NCBI GenBank assembly: GCA_043228905.1
Contig: JBHGNT010000004.1
Location: forward strand, 25,544,001-25,608,000
Direction: 5' to 3'
Origin: Azolla caroliniana
Lineage: Eukaryota > Plantae > Polypodiophyta
Length of the DNA stretch: 64,000 nucleotides
The stretch's first letter is position 1. Every line of letters starts with the position of its first letter. A model generated the notes under the pieces. It did not search any database and had not been told where the DNA came from. It worked only from the letters and a program-made list of their open reading frames with translations. The translations under genes were made by a program, and so were the position numbers. Below are positions 12,601 to 26,184 of the stretch, piece after piece.

Positions 12601-14547
12601 CTTATTCATTTAGAAGAGTACGGAGTGGAGCCTAAGAAACGACAAATCTTTCACACAACTCACTTTGAATAACTTGTCATTTCCATGCACAATTTCTACT
12701 ATGGATCACTTTGTCGCTATATGATTAATATTTTTGTAGAATCGTCTACATTTGGTTCACTATGTGTTTCCCTAATTAATTATTTATTTTGTCGCTATAT
12801 GATCGACATTACAAGCAAACAATAAATTTTTTATTCAAGAGGAGTTTCATATGTTCATTTCTACCATGATTTATTTATCTAGTAATTGTACTATGCTTTT
12901 GATAGTTTACACCACTACTACCTAACAATTGGGCGACTAGGTATTTTCATACTTGATTTCTCCACATCACCATTTTGAATTGATATATGGCTCTCGTGAG
13001 TAATTTCTTGTGAGGTACTAACAATGTGAGAATTGTGTGTGCATTGAAGGCATGGTTTTTGGAACGATGTTTGTCACAAATGATATATATAATAAAATAC
13101 ATTACGATTACTGACATATGGAATGGTCCTCGAAATTTAGTAGGTTTGGTGCTGATTTAGAAGTGGAAGGAGAACGAGGAGAAACACATGACAGAAAGTA
13201 GTTGTCGTATTATCCAATTGCATACAATATCATAACCATTTAGAGAAGAAGTGATTTAATCGAGATAAAAAGAAATGAACATTAGCACAAGTCAAAGTAG
13301 TGGTTACAACTCCAACCCCAAATATGAATGGTAAAACTTTACTCTAAACACATGTGGCAAATAACAAAATTAAAGAAATTGCAAGGAGTAAGGTTCACCT
13401 CTCTCTATTTTAGTCTATCATTTACATCCAATCAGGATATATCTAATAATTTTGATGTAAAACAAGGAATATTATGATGAGATAGATGCGATATGAGATT
13501 ATCATCAATAAATATATATAAAAGCGACTTTAGTTTTTTGTGTCAATCAAAATTTTGATATTGTCAATGCACAAATCTTTATATCCAAGTGGGCAGTGTT
13601 TTTCGAGAGGAAAAAAACGGAATGACATTTAAACGAATTTTGATTTTAACCTTTTGAATGTCATATTACACTCCTCCTAAGGCACGTTCCATGCCAAGTG
13701 ACACTTGAAACCAAATAAATTGCCTATATTTCTTTTGAAAAGCAATAAAACATAATAATGAAGAACATCTGTAGTGGAAGGAGGGAGAGCCAAGACAGCC
13801 ATATGTGGTACCCAACACTAACTCTCATGAATGGCCACATTTCATATCTTTCAAACAAAGCATGCTTTGCCCAAAGAGACTCTTTGTCTCAAAAATATTT
13901 TAAACCCAAGCAAATGTTGCTTCACATGTGTGAGGTTCTCGAGGCATGTTTGCATGTAACATGCAATCGAGGCTTGATGACCAATTTATTTGTTTGTCTT
14001 GAAGTACAAGAGACGAAACCTTCTAGCGCATAAAATCATCGACAATCTACATGTGGGAAAGACAAAGGCAATTGGAGATGATAGAAAAAAGTACATTAGA
14101 AAGTTTGTTATATAGATAAAAGAAAACAGAGAGCATCAATTCCAAAGAAATGGCAAACCAGAAAGACGAAAAGGTTCTCGTAGGACCTCAAGAGAAGGCA
14201 TCTCAAAATCAAAGAAATGCAATGGAAAAAGTAAGTCGAAATGGTTGAAAATGAGAAAAAGGCAAGAGAGATGGGGTTTGTAGGACGTTCACTTTTCTAG
14301 CAAAGGCGGGGTGAAAGTCGTGGCATAAAGACCACTCGTTGTATCGACGTATTAGAAGATGTTAATGTGCAGATGAATGCAAGCTTGAATGTGAAAGACG
14401 AGTGTCGATGGGGATAATAAGGCATGCTATATAAGGTCTACACTTCATAAAGCAAGAGAAGCTGCCGCACATGATTATACCTTAAGAACAAGGATAGATG
14501 GTAAAAGCTACATTATTTCACCTTGAGAGCGAAGCAAAGCTAGTAGA

Positions 14548-14826
14548 TAAGAGATGAGTGCTAGAAAGAAAGAGATGATGAATATTCTTAGAAGTGAAGC
14601 AAAACAAGGATGGTCTCCATACCAACCATATACCGGTAGTGGCTAGAGTTCGAGCACCTGCCAAGTTTGTAGAGTCGAATGTCATTAAGAGATGAGTGCT
14701 AGAAAGAAAGAGATGATGAATATTCTTAGAAGTGAAGCAAAACAAGGATGGTCTCCATACCAACCATATACCGGTAGTGGCTAGAGTTCGAGCACCTGCC
14801 AAGTTTGTAGAGTCGAATGTCATTAA
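14548..14826. repeat. Perfect 138-bp tandem duplication
   Basis: 14548-14685 is repeated at 14686-14823 with no visible mismatch. TAA microhomology lies at the junctions. Confidence 0.92.
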
Positions 14827-15650
14827 TACTAGGCCAATAGAGTCATGCACACATTGCACATCTCGCCTTTGGCGAGAATGTGATATAGTGTGGTATTCAT
14901 CACAAGGCCACTAGACTCGTGAAAGACTTGGCTAATATATAGAGACAAAATTACTTTTAAAAGTAGGCTAGGAAAGAATGAAGCCCACATGAGTTGTCTC
15001 ATGACATCATGGAGTAGAAATACTACCAAGGGGCTCTTCACACACATATACTGTCATACACACACAGTTAGTAGAATTAGTTGTGCTCACAAACATTATG
15101 ATATACTAGCCAATCAATTGCCTCTCTTGATTCTGATCTCTAACTGTTTGGAAGATGATGAGCCATGAAGGAGACAATCATATTGACTGGTGTTGGGGTA
15201 GCCTCAAGCCATGGCAACTCCTCCATTCCCAGGTAAACATTTAGATGCTCATAACTAGGCTTAATGTATGTGCACAATGATTAGGCATGCATACACAGCA
15301 CAGTAATTTGAGTGATAACAGCTCCACTGAATGAGAATAAGGCAGCAATTAGTAGATCATTGTATGCAATGCACAAACACATGCATGCACATTGCATCCA
15401 TACACATCCTTCCAAGAATGCATACATTTGCCCCCATACACATGCATCCATCCATCCAAGCATTTATGCAGGCATTTACATTCACATACATAAATACATG
15501 CATACATCCAGTCACATACATAGACATGAGTAGTATAGGAGAGTGGATTCCCACCGCCCCCCCACATAAGATACATTACATGGTTACAGATGTGTGGGAA
15601 TTTGTCTATAGCTAGCAGAGAAGGAGAGGTCATGTGGAGGGAGCAATAAT

Positions 15651-16619
15651 ATGGTCAATATGAACCTGGTAGATGTATGGGAAGTGATCGATCAAACCCT
15701 TAACGGAGCAACAATCACAGTTACAGATCATGATGACCCACATGATCTATTATTAAGCAATACTAGGTCTAATACTAGTTCTGGAACCACCTCCAACAAC
15801 AATCTGGTCATGTATGGTCTACAATTACTGGTGGGTGATGGTGACTTCTGGAGACGTGGCGGCGTCATGGAAGCCCGGATCCGGGAGTGGCTCGATCGGA
15901 GATATACTTCATGGTCGGATCCAATATGTGGTTGCAATGGTAAGGTATTGTTAATGGAAGGACTTAGTGATGATGCAACTTCAGGAACAGGGGATGAGAA
16001 TACAATAAAGATCCCACATTGTACAATAAGGACAGGTAATGGGGATTTAGAACAGTCTAACAATTGCCAATATAGTGTTAACACCACCAACAATTATGCT
16101 ATTGAGCCCACAAGGGCATTGCTTGAAGAAGAATCTGAAGAAGAAGAAGATGGAGATCAAGGAATAAATCCGGCCACGATGGCGACGGTCGCGATCATGA
16201 CAAGTGTCCCCGGAAATGGGCATGACATATGCCCATCCCATGAAGAGCTCATATGCCCTGTTTGCTTGGAAAAGCTAAGTGACCATCATGACAACCTTGT
16301 GCAGAGCTATGGGCCTCCATACCATGGGATGGTGCCTAGTAGAAGTGATGCCTTAGTGCAAAGCTTGGCATGTGGGCATGCCTTCCATAGAGACTGCCTC
16401 ACTCCTTGGCAACACATGCATCCTAACTCCACTGCGTGTTGCCCTTGTTGCCGGGCGCCCATCTCTACTTCGATGACAACGCCCGCCCCCGATCTTCTCC
16501 TTATATCTTTGCCTTATCTCGAGCTGCATTATGCGTCTTCTCACGACAACGCTCACAACATCATGTCTCTCCTCGCCGACGTGGAAACCACTTTGGAACG
16601 TTTGGGCCTCCGCTCATAG
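15651..16619 (+). CDS. RING-H2 (C3H2C3) finger protein, putative E3 ubiquitin ligase, intronless
   Basis: 322-aa ORF with CPVC…LACGHAFHRDCLTPW…CPCCR, preceded by an acidic stretch. No obvious transmembrane segment. Confidence 0.72.
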   Translation: MVNMNLVDVWEVIDQTLNGATITVTDHDDPHDLLLSNTRSNTSSGTTSNNNLVMYGLQLLVGDGDFWRRGGVMEARIREWLDRRYTSWSDPICGCNGKVLLMEGLSDDATSGTGDENTIKIPHCTIRTGNGDLEQSNNCQYSVNTTNNYAIEPTRALLEEESEEEEDGDQGINPATMATVAIMTSVPGNGHDICPSHEELICPVCLEKLSDHHDNLVQSYGPPYHGMVPSRSDALVQSLACGHAFHRDCLTPWQHMHPNSTACCPCCRAPISTSMTTPAPDLLLISLPYLELHYASSHDNAHNIMSLLADVETTLERLGLRS

Positions 16620-16827
16620 GTGTGAATGCATCTTTGCTCCCAAGTGACTAGTTGGGTTGTCACATTTGTAATTCGTGGGTGTGTGAATGTGTCTTTCGCT
16701 CATAGTCATGTCCATACATCGGCTTGATCCACTCAATAGCAATTGTTCAGTACACAATAGATCACATACTGTTAACAAATATCATTTACAAGGCTGACAT
16801 GAAATTCATTATTTTCAAGATGAAATC

Positions 16828-16861
<34 letters not shown>

Positions 16862-17721
16862 GTAGAGAACTTGACAATCCTTTTGTTACATCCACCTAAT
16901 CCACATACTATGAGGGGCTCTTATTTTTGCATAAGCTTCCATACACATATTGTATCTTTGTATGACTAAATCATAAAACTGATCTATGTTCATATTGTTG
17001 TTAAGTGTCCCTTAGGCTGCCATGCTGCAAGGACCTCTTACAAACATGTTTGTCATCATCTTACATATAGATGACATGGGTATCTTTGTTAGGGTCCCTG
17101 CAACGTCCACTAACTAATTTGAAGTCTCTTCTAATGTCACCAAACTAATTTGGAAGTATCTCATAATTAAACATAGAAGGCCCAAGTTTTTCATGCACCA
17201 CTTCTTCAAGCCAAATATATACTTTTTATAAACAATGATGTCGAAACCCAATATAGACATCATTTTGATACCTACATGAGGTGGGTACCATGAAAAATCT
17301 ACACTCCCACATTTTGTTTAAGAGAGAACATAATTTACTTTTTCTCTTATTGCTGATGGTCAATTTTTAAGATGTCGAATCAAATCTTTAATAAAGTTGA
17401 TGTATCTTCAACTCCTTTGTGTTGCCAACATTGATCATAGTTGGTTGTTTGTTCATAAGGTTAATGAACCTTATCGCTTATGGTCAATTTCCAAGATGTC
17501 GAATCAAACAGAAAGTTGATAATTCATCAAGCTTCTTTTTGCGGTTTGGTCATATTTATCGTTAGGTTACTAGCCCTTTGGAGTTTTTAATAAATGAAGA
17601 TCCAACTTCTCCAGCTCTTTGTTTTCTCTACAAGTGTACAAGCTCGTATATGTGTATCATTTTGGTTCCATGTATGTACTACACTAGCCTCTTTATAGAC
17701 ATTAAAACACAATCTTGATAC

Positions 17722-17775
17722 CCTCTCTCTCTCTCTCTCTCTCTCACTCTCCACACACACACACACACACACACA
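17722..17775. repeat. Compound (CT)n/(CA)n microsatellite
   Basis: Directly visible. Confidence 0.9.
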
Positions 17776-20700
17776 CGAGGGAACCAATACCTTTTATGGT
17801 TGGTGTACCCAAGTGTGTATGCATTTACGTGGGTGGACGCACTATATACATTCATCGTACATAAATAACCACGACATGTACAATATTGCATAAATATCTA
17901 AACATTTATTTGATGTAATTTATTTATTTTGTTTATATGTTTATGCTAATGAATGTAGCCAAATAAAATAGCTTTATTGTGTATATGCTTTCCACACGAG
18001 TCAAAGTTGAGGTGTGGATTTTGTCGTGCTTCTTAAAAACGTTTGGAAGGTTTCTTGCAAAATTGAAGGATGATGGATATAAAGACTTGTCATAACATGT
18101 TCTGAATTTCACCATCCTTTCTTTACCCACTAGATAATATCTCATCTAATGATATCCTTAGTAACATTCTCTAAATTCTACCACGCTTTTGTTTGCCCAC
18201 CAAATAAAAACCCAATTATCTAAGTGTGGATATCATGTGGTGGCTCAAGTGGTTTATATTGGATATGTATTATAGAAAGAAATGTCTCTTATATAAAAGG
18301 AAATATCGATTCTATCCCTAGCCCATTTGATAATATGTATTGATATGTGTTGTGGTCAAAGTTCCCTTGCAACTTTTTTGATTATTATATGATACAATTA
18401 TGAGGCAATCAAATTTCTTCAATGCAGTAACAATAAACTATTCAAGTGAGATTATGACTCACTTTATTAAATTTAACTGCCAACTATTTAAATATTGACT
18501 CTTTTAACTTTTGAATGATCTCATTGTGATATGTTAGCTAGGGAACTGAATGATATTCTAATCATTCTGTGTCAACAACTTTTTTAACCAACCAGTTATT
18601 GTCTCAATTCCAAGTGGTTGATTGATTTATTTTAATGTATGTTCTAATGAATTAATTAATCCTGAAGAAGTAGATGTTAATCATTACTTTACTAATTCAC
18701 GTTAACATATTCATCAAGTACTCTATGATTATTAAGTTCAATAGAGTGTTCAATGTTCATTTCATAAATTAATTGTAAAATTAGTGGAAGGTACATGAAA
18801 CTAACCAAGAGAATATACATATTGATATAGCTATGAGTACAATGTAGACTATGTTGATATTACCCTCATATAGGGCAGGTTGTATATAAACCTTATATCA
18901 AAAACATATTTATGAAAAAATCTAAATAGTTTTGTAGGTTCATGTGAAGGATTGCGTAAGTTATTGATTATGTTAATCCAAATGCCATAGTTAACCATAT
19001 TATTTATATTCTTCGTGCATAATGATCATATAACTTAAACCTGTGGCACAAATATTTTTAGGTGGGGATATGAACATCTCGAAAGTTTCCAAATTTCATT
19101 GAGAAGAAATTCTAATACTCTTAATGAGTATGATTATATCATCTTCAAAAACATTTATACCGTTGGGAGAGTTGCAGGTAAGGGATTGATAATCATGGTT
19201 AAATTCATGTGCATGTTTTGATACGACTGAAGTTGAAACAATGCAATGTAATTTCCATTTGTGATGATCTCATTGCAAGCGTTGTATTAATGCATTGCGC
19301 AATATGAATGTTCAGTTATATTGGTTCGACAAGCATATATGTAAGAGTTTGCATGCATTGATGTTTATAAAAAGGGTTATTTTGTCAAAATGTCTACAAA
19401 TGCAACCTATGTATCCTACAACAAAAGTGCATCGTCATAAACCTAGAAGCTAGTCCCTAACAACACATCATTACCATATATATTTATCATAGCCTTTTTG
19501 AAATTTAGCGCACGCATGACACAACCATAGCTTTTTAAATGGGACATTGTTGTGAATAGGGCTAAAATGTGTTAAGCACCATGTGAAATACTTGCCTTTA
19601 TAAATGATGTAAGACAATTTATACATCCCCATCAATTTTTTGGGATCAATGGGTAATTTTGAAAACAATTATACTAATTTGATTCTAATAAGTTACTAAT
19701 TGTACATGTGATGCAATTGAGAACAACAATTAATAATATATATTGAGACTTCAAGGAGAAAATATTGGCAATGCACAAGCATTGGGTTATGTCCCCGCTT
19801 ATCATTTGAGCCAATGTGTGATGCATGAAGTCCAGGTGCATAAAAACTTTGTAGGTATTTTGGATACCTTTATTTTATCTTTTTTTAGGAAGACTTTTAT
19901 TACTAGTGGGAAACCTCAAAGTGAGGTGAAAACCCACAAAGAATAAAGAGAAGTATACAAGTGTCGATTTAGACACTAAAGAGCTTACAAGCACTCAATG
20001 TAAAGAGTGTAAATTTGCAGCATGATCTCTCTAAGTTGGAGATAACCAAATAGAGATTGCTTGAGGGATTGCTTAAAGAATCTAACTTCATGCAATTGGT
20101 TTTGATCAAAGACCTTATTATTGCGAACCGTCAAAATGGTCTAGAGTGCCCAAAATCTTGTCCATTGGAGAAAATAGGCCTTGCTCGATAGGACAAACAG
20201 AATTGATCCAAATAGCCAAAAGTGCTTCCCAAACCTTCGGTAAGGAAATCTATGAGAAAAAGATGTGCTTAGTCTCTGTACAAATGTTGTATGAGAAAAA
20301 GTTCATAATAAGTGTGGGACTATTTTCGATCGTCCATCACATCATGCACAATGCAGCGAGGCTATTGATCGCTTTTGAAGATTTGACCCAGTCGGAAGCA
20401 CACCCGATATGCATCTCCATAGGAATACCCGTTGCTTAAGTGGAAGACCAGAGCTCCATAAGCTTGTGAGCCTGTTTTCCCACTAGGACTATATTTTGTG
20501 TAGGTGCCATAATGCATTTGCATGTTCTTGAAACCTAGGGGTAGGTTGCAACAACATATATGCTGAATGTGTTGTAATCTTATCCATTGAAATGACAATG
20601 TTGTTTTTTTGTAACATCCAGTCTTGAGTCCTATGATCTCTATCTAGAGGTGGCACATGTACTAAAGAAAGTACCAACTCGATGACTTGATTCTAGATAA

Positions 20701-20801
20701 CTCGATCATGTGGCCCTAGACTATACCGACATGTCATGTCATTAAAGCCTAATTGGTGACCTTGGTCATTTACCAAATTAGCAATTGATTTCAGCCCCTT
20801 C

Positions 20802-20965
20802 CTTTATCTCTACAACTACTATACATCAAGTCCATGTCCATAGAAACTTTGTGGGTATTTTGGATGCCTCTATTTTATCTCTACAACTACTATACATCAA
20901 GTCCATGTGCATAGAAACTTTGTGGGTATTTTGGATACCTTTATTTTAGTTTTACAACTACTATA
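20802..20965. repeat. 71-bp tandem repeat (about 2.3 copies), with a further partial copy at about 19825-19880
   Basis: ctacaactactatacatcaagtccatgt…aaactttgtgggtattttggat recurs at 20810 and 20881. Confidence 0.8.
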
Positions 20966-21622
20966 TGACAATGTTTTTGAAATATAAAAGGAATATCAAC
21001 AATATTTCTGTCTAAACATTGCCCATTGGGTATTAAGGATCAAATTGGCAACATCCTTCATTGTTTCCTACTAAGTTAAATCCAACATTTTATTGGATGA
21101 ATAATAACCATAGTAATAACCTATTTAGATAGGAAGGATAATATTATTGAATTTAACTTTTCAAGCTATATGCCTATAAGCTTATGTGTGTTTTCGTTGC
21201 AATTCTATTAGTTTGGGCATCCAACATATCAAGTTGGTCCAACAACTAAAAGCAACTTCTAAATGTGTGGGGGCGCAAGTAGCTAAAGTGGTGGTTCATC
21301 CAATGTCACATGCTCTAATGACAATTTTGATTCTGATTTTAAAGCTTGCCATCATGACACTGAAAGAAGTCACCTAAATAGCATAAAAGGATTGTTGGAG
21401 ATGGCCAACACACTGATCACTTGATGTTGGGCCAAATGCAATGATCAAACAACACAAGAAAGAAGGGCATACAATGAACAAAGACAACACAAGAAACAAG
21501 GGCATACAATGATATAACCCTCAAAGTTAATGAGAGATGACAAAGAATCAATCCAAGACATCATTAAAGATGGTAGATGTAGTACTAATAGTATTTAGAC
21601 CATGATATACAAGGGTTCTCTC

Positions 21623-21947
21623 TATCAAATATGGGCATATAATGGTTGTATTCACATTGTCCCTTTGGACAGAGTAGGTTTAGGAAAATAATGTAAATAT
21701 GTCAAAGGGCAGTTTCCCCAACCAGTTTGTATATAACTGACTTTGTAACCTAGTTCAAGTGTTTGTTGATAGTGTCATTCTTGTATTGTAAACCTTTTTG
21801 GAATAAGACTGTTATATTATGTCCCTCATTGTCTCTCTCTCTCTCACTCACTCTTTCTCCTTGATCTTGCCTTAACTTGTTAACTTGGTGATCTTCGTAG
21901 CATAGATATTGTTCTTGTTTCCGCACTCATGATCTCAGACTCCAACA
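21623..21947 (+). repeat. 5' LTR of copia A
   Basis: Direct repeat of 27413-27736. Ends …ctccaaCA and is followed by the PBS. The 5' TG has decayed to TA. Confidence 0.88.
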
Positions 21948-24900
21948 TCTGGTATCAAAACAAAGGTTCTTCAACTCTTTGTCGGCCGTCATCTATTTCC
22001 AACTGCATCTTTGCCCCTGTCTTCTTGAAGACCGTATGTTTGGCAACCATCGAGAGAACAGAAGAAAGAGACTAGTTGGTCCGCACTCCACTAAGCTAGA
22101 TCACCTCCCAAGTAGGCCAGTCGGCCATACCTCGTTCCTGTGATCGTAGCCACTCGAAGTGGAACCTACTTCAAACAAGTCTCATTCATGCCTCATCAGG
22201 TTAAACAACATTCGAACATGCCAGTCGACGCTTCCCACTTAATTATTGTAACCAATTGAAGTAGAATGAACTTTAGATCTAACGTCATTTGTGCTCCATC
22301 CAGCTAGAAGAGATTCGGGAAGAGAAATTGGCTCTGTCCCTCCCTTTATTATAGCCACTCGGAGCAGGATCATCACTAAAAACAACACACTAACACTATG
22401 ATTGGCATTTTGATCGGTCTAATCCATGGTTAACTTGGCTAGGCAACATTCGGGAAGATTAGTTGATTCTCTCCCTCTAGTTGTTGTAGCCATTTCAAGC
22501 AAGATCGGTGATCAAATCAAATCGGTAATCCAATCAGGTTAGATTGACCCAATCGAGACAGAAAATTCTCCAGAAGGATACAAGCTAAATGAATGGACAA
22601 AACTACACATAATTGTCTGCGGCACCATTCAGATGCACTTGTCAGAGTCAATGTACCACATAGTGCAATCGTGTTTGACTGCCTTCCAACTCTAGAAGAC
22701 ACTCTCGGACACCTATGAAAAGAAGGTTGCCGCCACAAAGATATATTTGATTCAATGTCTCTACAACCTTCAAATGAAAGAATTCGACTCATTCCAGGCA
22801 CACCTCAATGAGTACAAAAGCCTAAGCTCCCAAAATTCGGTCTAGGAAACTACAATCGAAGACGAATTAAAAACAATGTTGTTCATGAGTAGTCTTCCTC
22901 CTTGGGAAACTTTCGTCACAACTGTGTGCAATGCATCGATTGTCGCCGTGAAGTACTCCAAAGTTAGGAGCTCAATCCTGACGAACTTTGCTCAGAGGAA
23001 ATTGTTCGCAAACAATTCGACCAGTGATGCCTACATAGTACAAGGTTCGGTCAATTGACCGAACATTCGAGGAAGAAGTTCTTTCCGACTACCGAGCAAT
23101 ATGTGAAGCCATAGCAAGTCTCAGGATAATCGAACTGGCAACTACTGTAAGAAACCCGGACATAGCAAGGCCGATTGTCATGCCCTCAAAGAGCCGATCA
23201 CAAGGGTAGCCGACAATAGGAGGTCAACTAGGTTGGCTCATTGACCGAAGTATTGACGGACAACCCCAATATACTATCCATTGAAAACTCAGTCGAGTTA
23301 GAAGTTCTGCTCATGACTAAGGAATCGAGCACATGGCTCCTGGATTCGGGTGCATCCTACCACGTGACCCCTCATGGTTCCCAATTTCAGCAATATTCGG
23401 CGTGACATTCCGACTCGGAAACTCGCAGCACTGTGCCATATTTGGAATCGACATTGTAGAGGTCCACCTTCCGGGTGGCTCTACATTAGTACTACACAAT
23501 GTCCTACATATACTTGAGCTTTCAAGACCTTTGATCTCAGTCGAACAATTAGATCGCGTTAGAAGGGTGGACACTCCACAAAGGGAACCTCCTACTTGCT
23601 AGAGGCCCAAAGGTACACTTATTGTACCCACTATATGTCACTCTCAGAGAGGGTGACCTATTCTTCGTCGACATTCCCGTGTCATTGTTATGGCATGGAA
23701 GACTCAGAAAACCTTAGCAAGTCCGGCATAACGCACTTATCTAGAGCTGAAGAAATCTCCAAGCTCTCATTCTCCGACAACCAGTTTTGTGAGCACTACC
23801 AATACGGCAAACAGATAGCCGCCTCACACCCGACAACAGAGCCGAGAGGGTCGAGTCCCCTCAACCTCGTCCATTCGGACGTTTGTGGCCTGATGCTGCA
23901 TTAGTCTCTCGGTGGCTCCTGCTAGTTTGCCACGTTTATTGACGACTCGACAAGAAAGTTGTGGGTGTATCTAATCAGAACCAAAGATCGACTGTTCACA
24001 ATCTTTCAAGAATGGCTTGCAATGGTTGAAAACCAATTAGGCCGAAAGCTGAAATGCTTAAGATTGGATAATGGTGGAAAATTCCAATCAAACAAATTCA
24101 TCTGACATTGCCGACAACACGGCATTAGACGAGTCTGAGTTGACAACTCCATATAGTCCAGAACAAAACGACATCGCAAAACACATAAATTGGATATTCA
24201 GGAATGAATTGTCACCATGATGGAACATGTCGGACCTTCAAATGGTTTCTGGGCCGAGACGCTACTCACTGTAATGCACATAATCAACGTATGGTTGAGT
24301 AGGCCTATAGAACTTCAAATCCCATAGGAGCTTTCGACCAGCCAAAGGCCGAATTATAAGAAGTTGCGGATTTTTGGATGCGAAGCATTTGCAATTGTAC
24401 CTAAGGATGATCACTGAAAGCTTGAGCCGCAATCCTGGAAATGTATTTTCCTTGTTTATGGATCAAAAGGCAAATTCGGCTACCGACTCTGGGATCTAGA
24501 AAGCATACAAATCATCTGAAGTTCAGACGTCATTTTCAACGGTCGGAGATGCACAAGTTGGCTGAAAGGCTGATTGAAGTCAGAAGAGTAACTTTTTCGG
24601 ACGCCTTGACTCCTCCTGACGGCCCAACACAACACACTAGAGAAGCCACACGACAAGCCCTCTCTATGGGACAAGATGACTCAGAGAGCAGCCTAAGTAG
24701 CGACCCATAAACTGGATTGGCTACTCAAGAGATGATCGATGATGATTCGGCGAGCCCAGTCCTCCCACGATTGTCTCAACCATCAAAGAGATACTCTCCC
24801 GGAATCTTCTTCACGGACACCGGTGAACCGACGTCATATGAAGAAGCGTCGACATGCCCTAACTTGGACACCTAACATTTAGCAATGGAGTCATAGATTA

Positions 24901-25311
24901 ACTACATTAGACACAATAAGACATCATTGGGACCTAATCGAACTACCGAAAAACCAACGTGCTCTTTCGTGCAAATGGGTCTATCGACTCTAAGAGACAT
25001 CGGGTTCTGTTTGTCCCATGTACAAGGTCAGATTAGTCGTGAAGGGTTTCCCATAGTAATATGGCTTCGACTTCGATGAGATCTTTTCACAAGTGGTGAA
25101 AATGATCACCCTTCGATTCCTACTCGACATCGTGGCAGCCAAGGACTAAGAAGCTTTCCTCCATGGTGACCTAGAGGAGGAAATTTACATGGAGCAACCA
25201 AAACGCTTCGTTGCAACCGGCCAAGATCATCGAGTTTGTCGACTCCGGAAGAGTCTTTATGGCTTGAAGCAGGCACCCCGACATTGGTGTAAGAAGTTCG
25301 ACGACTTTATA

Positions 25312-26184
25312 TGTTATGTACACATACATTGGCGAGGGTAGGTCCCAAATATTTATATTAGTAAAGGGTATATTCACTAATGTTAAAAAGGGGGCTAATG
25401 TGATTGGATAGAAGAATGATAGGTGCATGTACTATCATGATTTGGGCAACCAAAGAATGAAGACCCTTTTAGAAAGGCACATCTATTCAAGGGGCTTAGG
25501 AAAAGGTATAAATATGAGCCTTAGCTATTTTAAAGAATCAAGAGATGGATTCTTGTGAAGCGGAATATGTGTGAATTGTGTGTGTGTGTGTGTGTGTGTG
25601 TGAGTGAGATAGAGATAGAGACACACACACACAGAGTATACACAAGGTTTAGTATATTAACAAAGGGGAAAGACTCAACATTATACAAGGTGGGGGGAGG
25701 GTGCTTTATGTAGTCACCCTCTCTCTTCATTAACTACAAGACTCATGGAGCATGGGGAATGTGAAAGCTCATAAGTTATGTGTCATAGAATATGATTCTA
25801 TGACTCATACTAAATGCTAGAATACAAAGTGGTGACATAATGGTGACTCTTGACCGTTGGAGTGTCTATTCACTCTCAAGGTGAGGTCACACACTAGACC
25901 AAGTTGAGCTTGATTCTCAACAGCTACCCTAATGAGGACATTACGTTGGAAGGTTGTTGTCTTAGACACCGGTGGTGTGGGTTAGGCTTTTTGTCTCGAC
26001 GATCATGTTTATTTCTTCCAAGGTATTAGTCATCCTAATATCCGGCAGTATGGGACATCGGTGGTAGGTTGGCTATGTCTAGATGATAGCTCGGGGGTGG
26101 TCGGGTGGAACGGGTTCTTCTATCCAATCTATTTTCCTTCTTTTACTTTACTTTGGTCTATTGATTAGTAATAGACTCTTAACA
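25312..26184. mobile_element. Solo LTR (family B) inserted in the copia A RT domain
   Basis: TGTTA…TAACA ends with a perfect 5-bp TSD TTATA (25307-25311 and 26185-26189). Removing it restores RT …KKFDDFI|QSVGFSKS…. Confidence 0.85.
25529..25922 (-). mobile_element. Solo LTR (family C, same family as the LTR at 56705) nested inside solo LTR B
   Basis: Reverse complement of 56705-57057 over about 350 bp. Flanked by near-TSD GCTAT/GCTAC. Both ends carry the AGAATCAAG inverted motif. Confidence 0.85.

Noticed and set aside
15281-15633. Several ORFs and many CATGCA (RY-like) motifs upstream of the RING gene
   Set aside because: A degenerate (CATA/CATG/CATC)n microsatellite explains both, and there are no accompanying ABREs.
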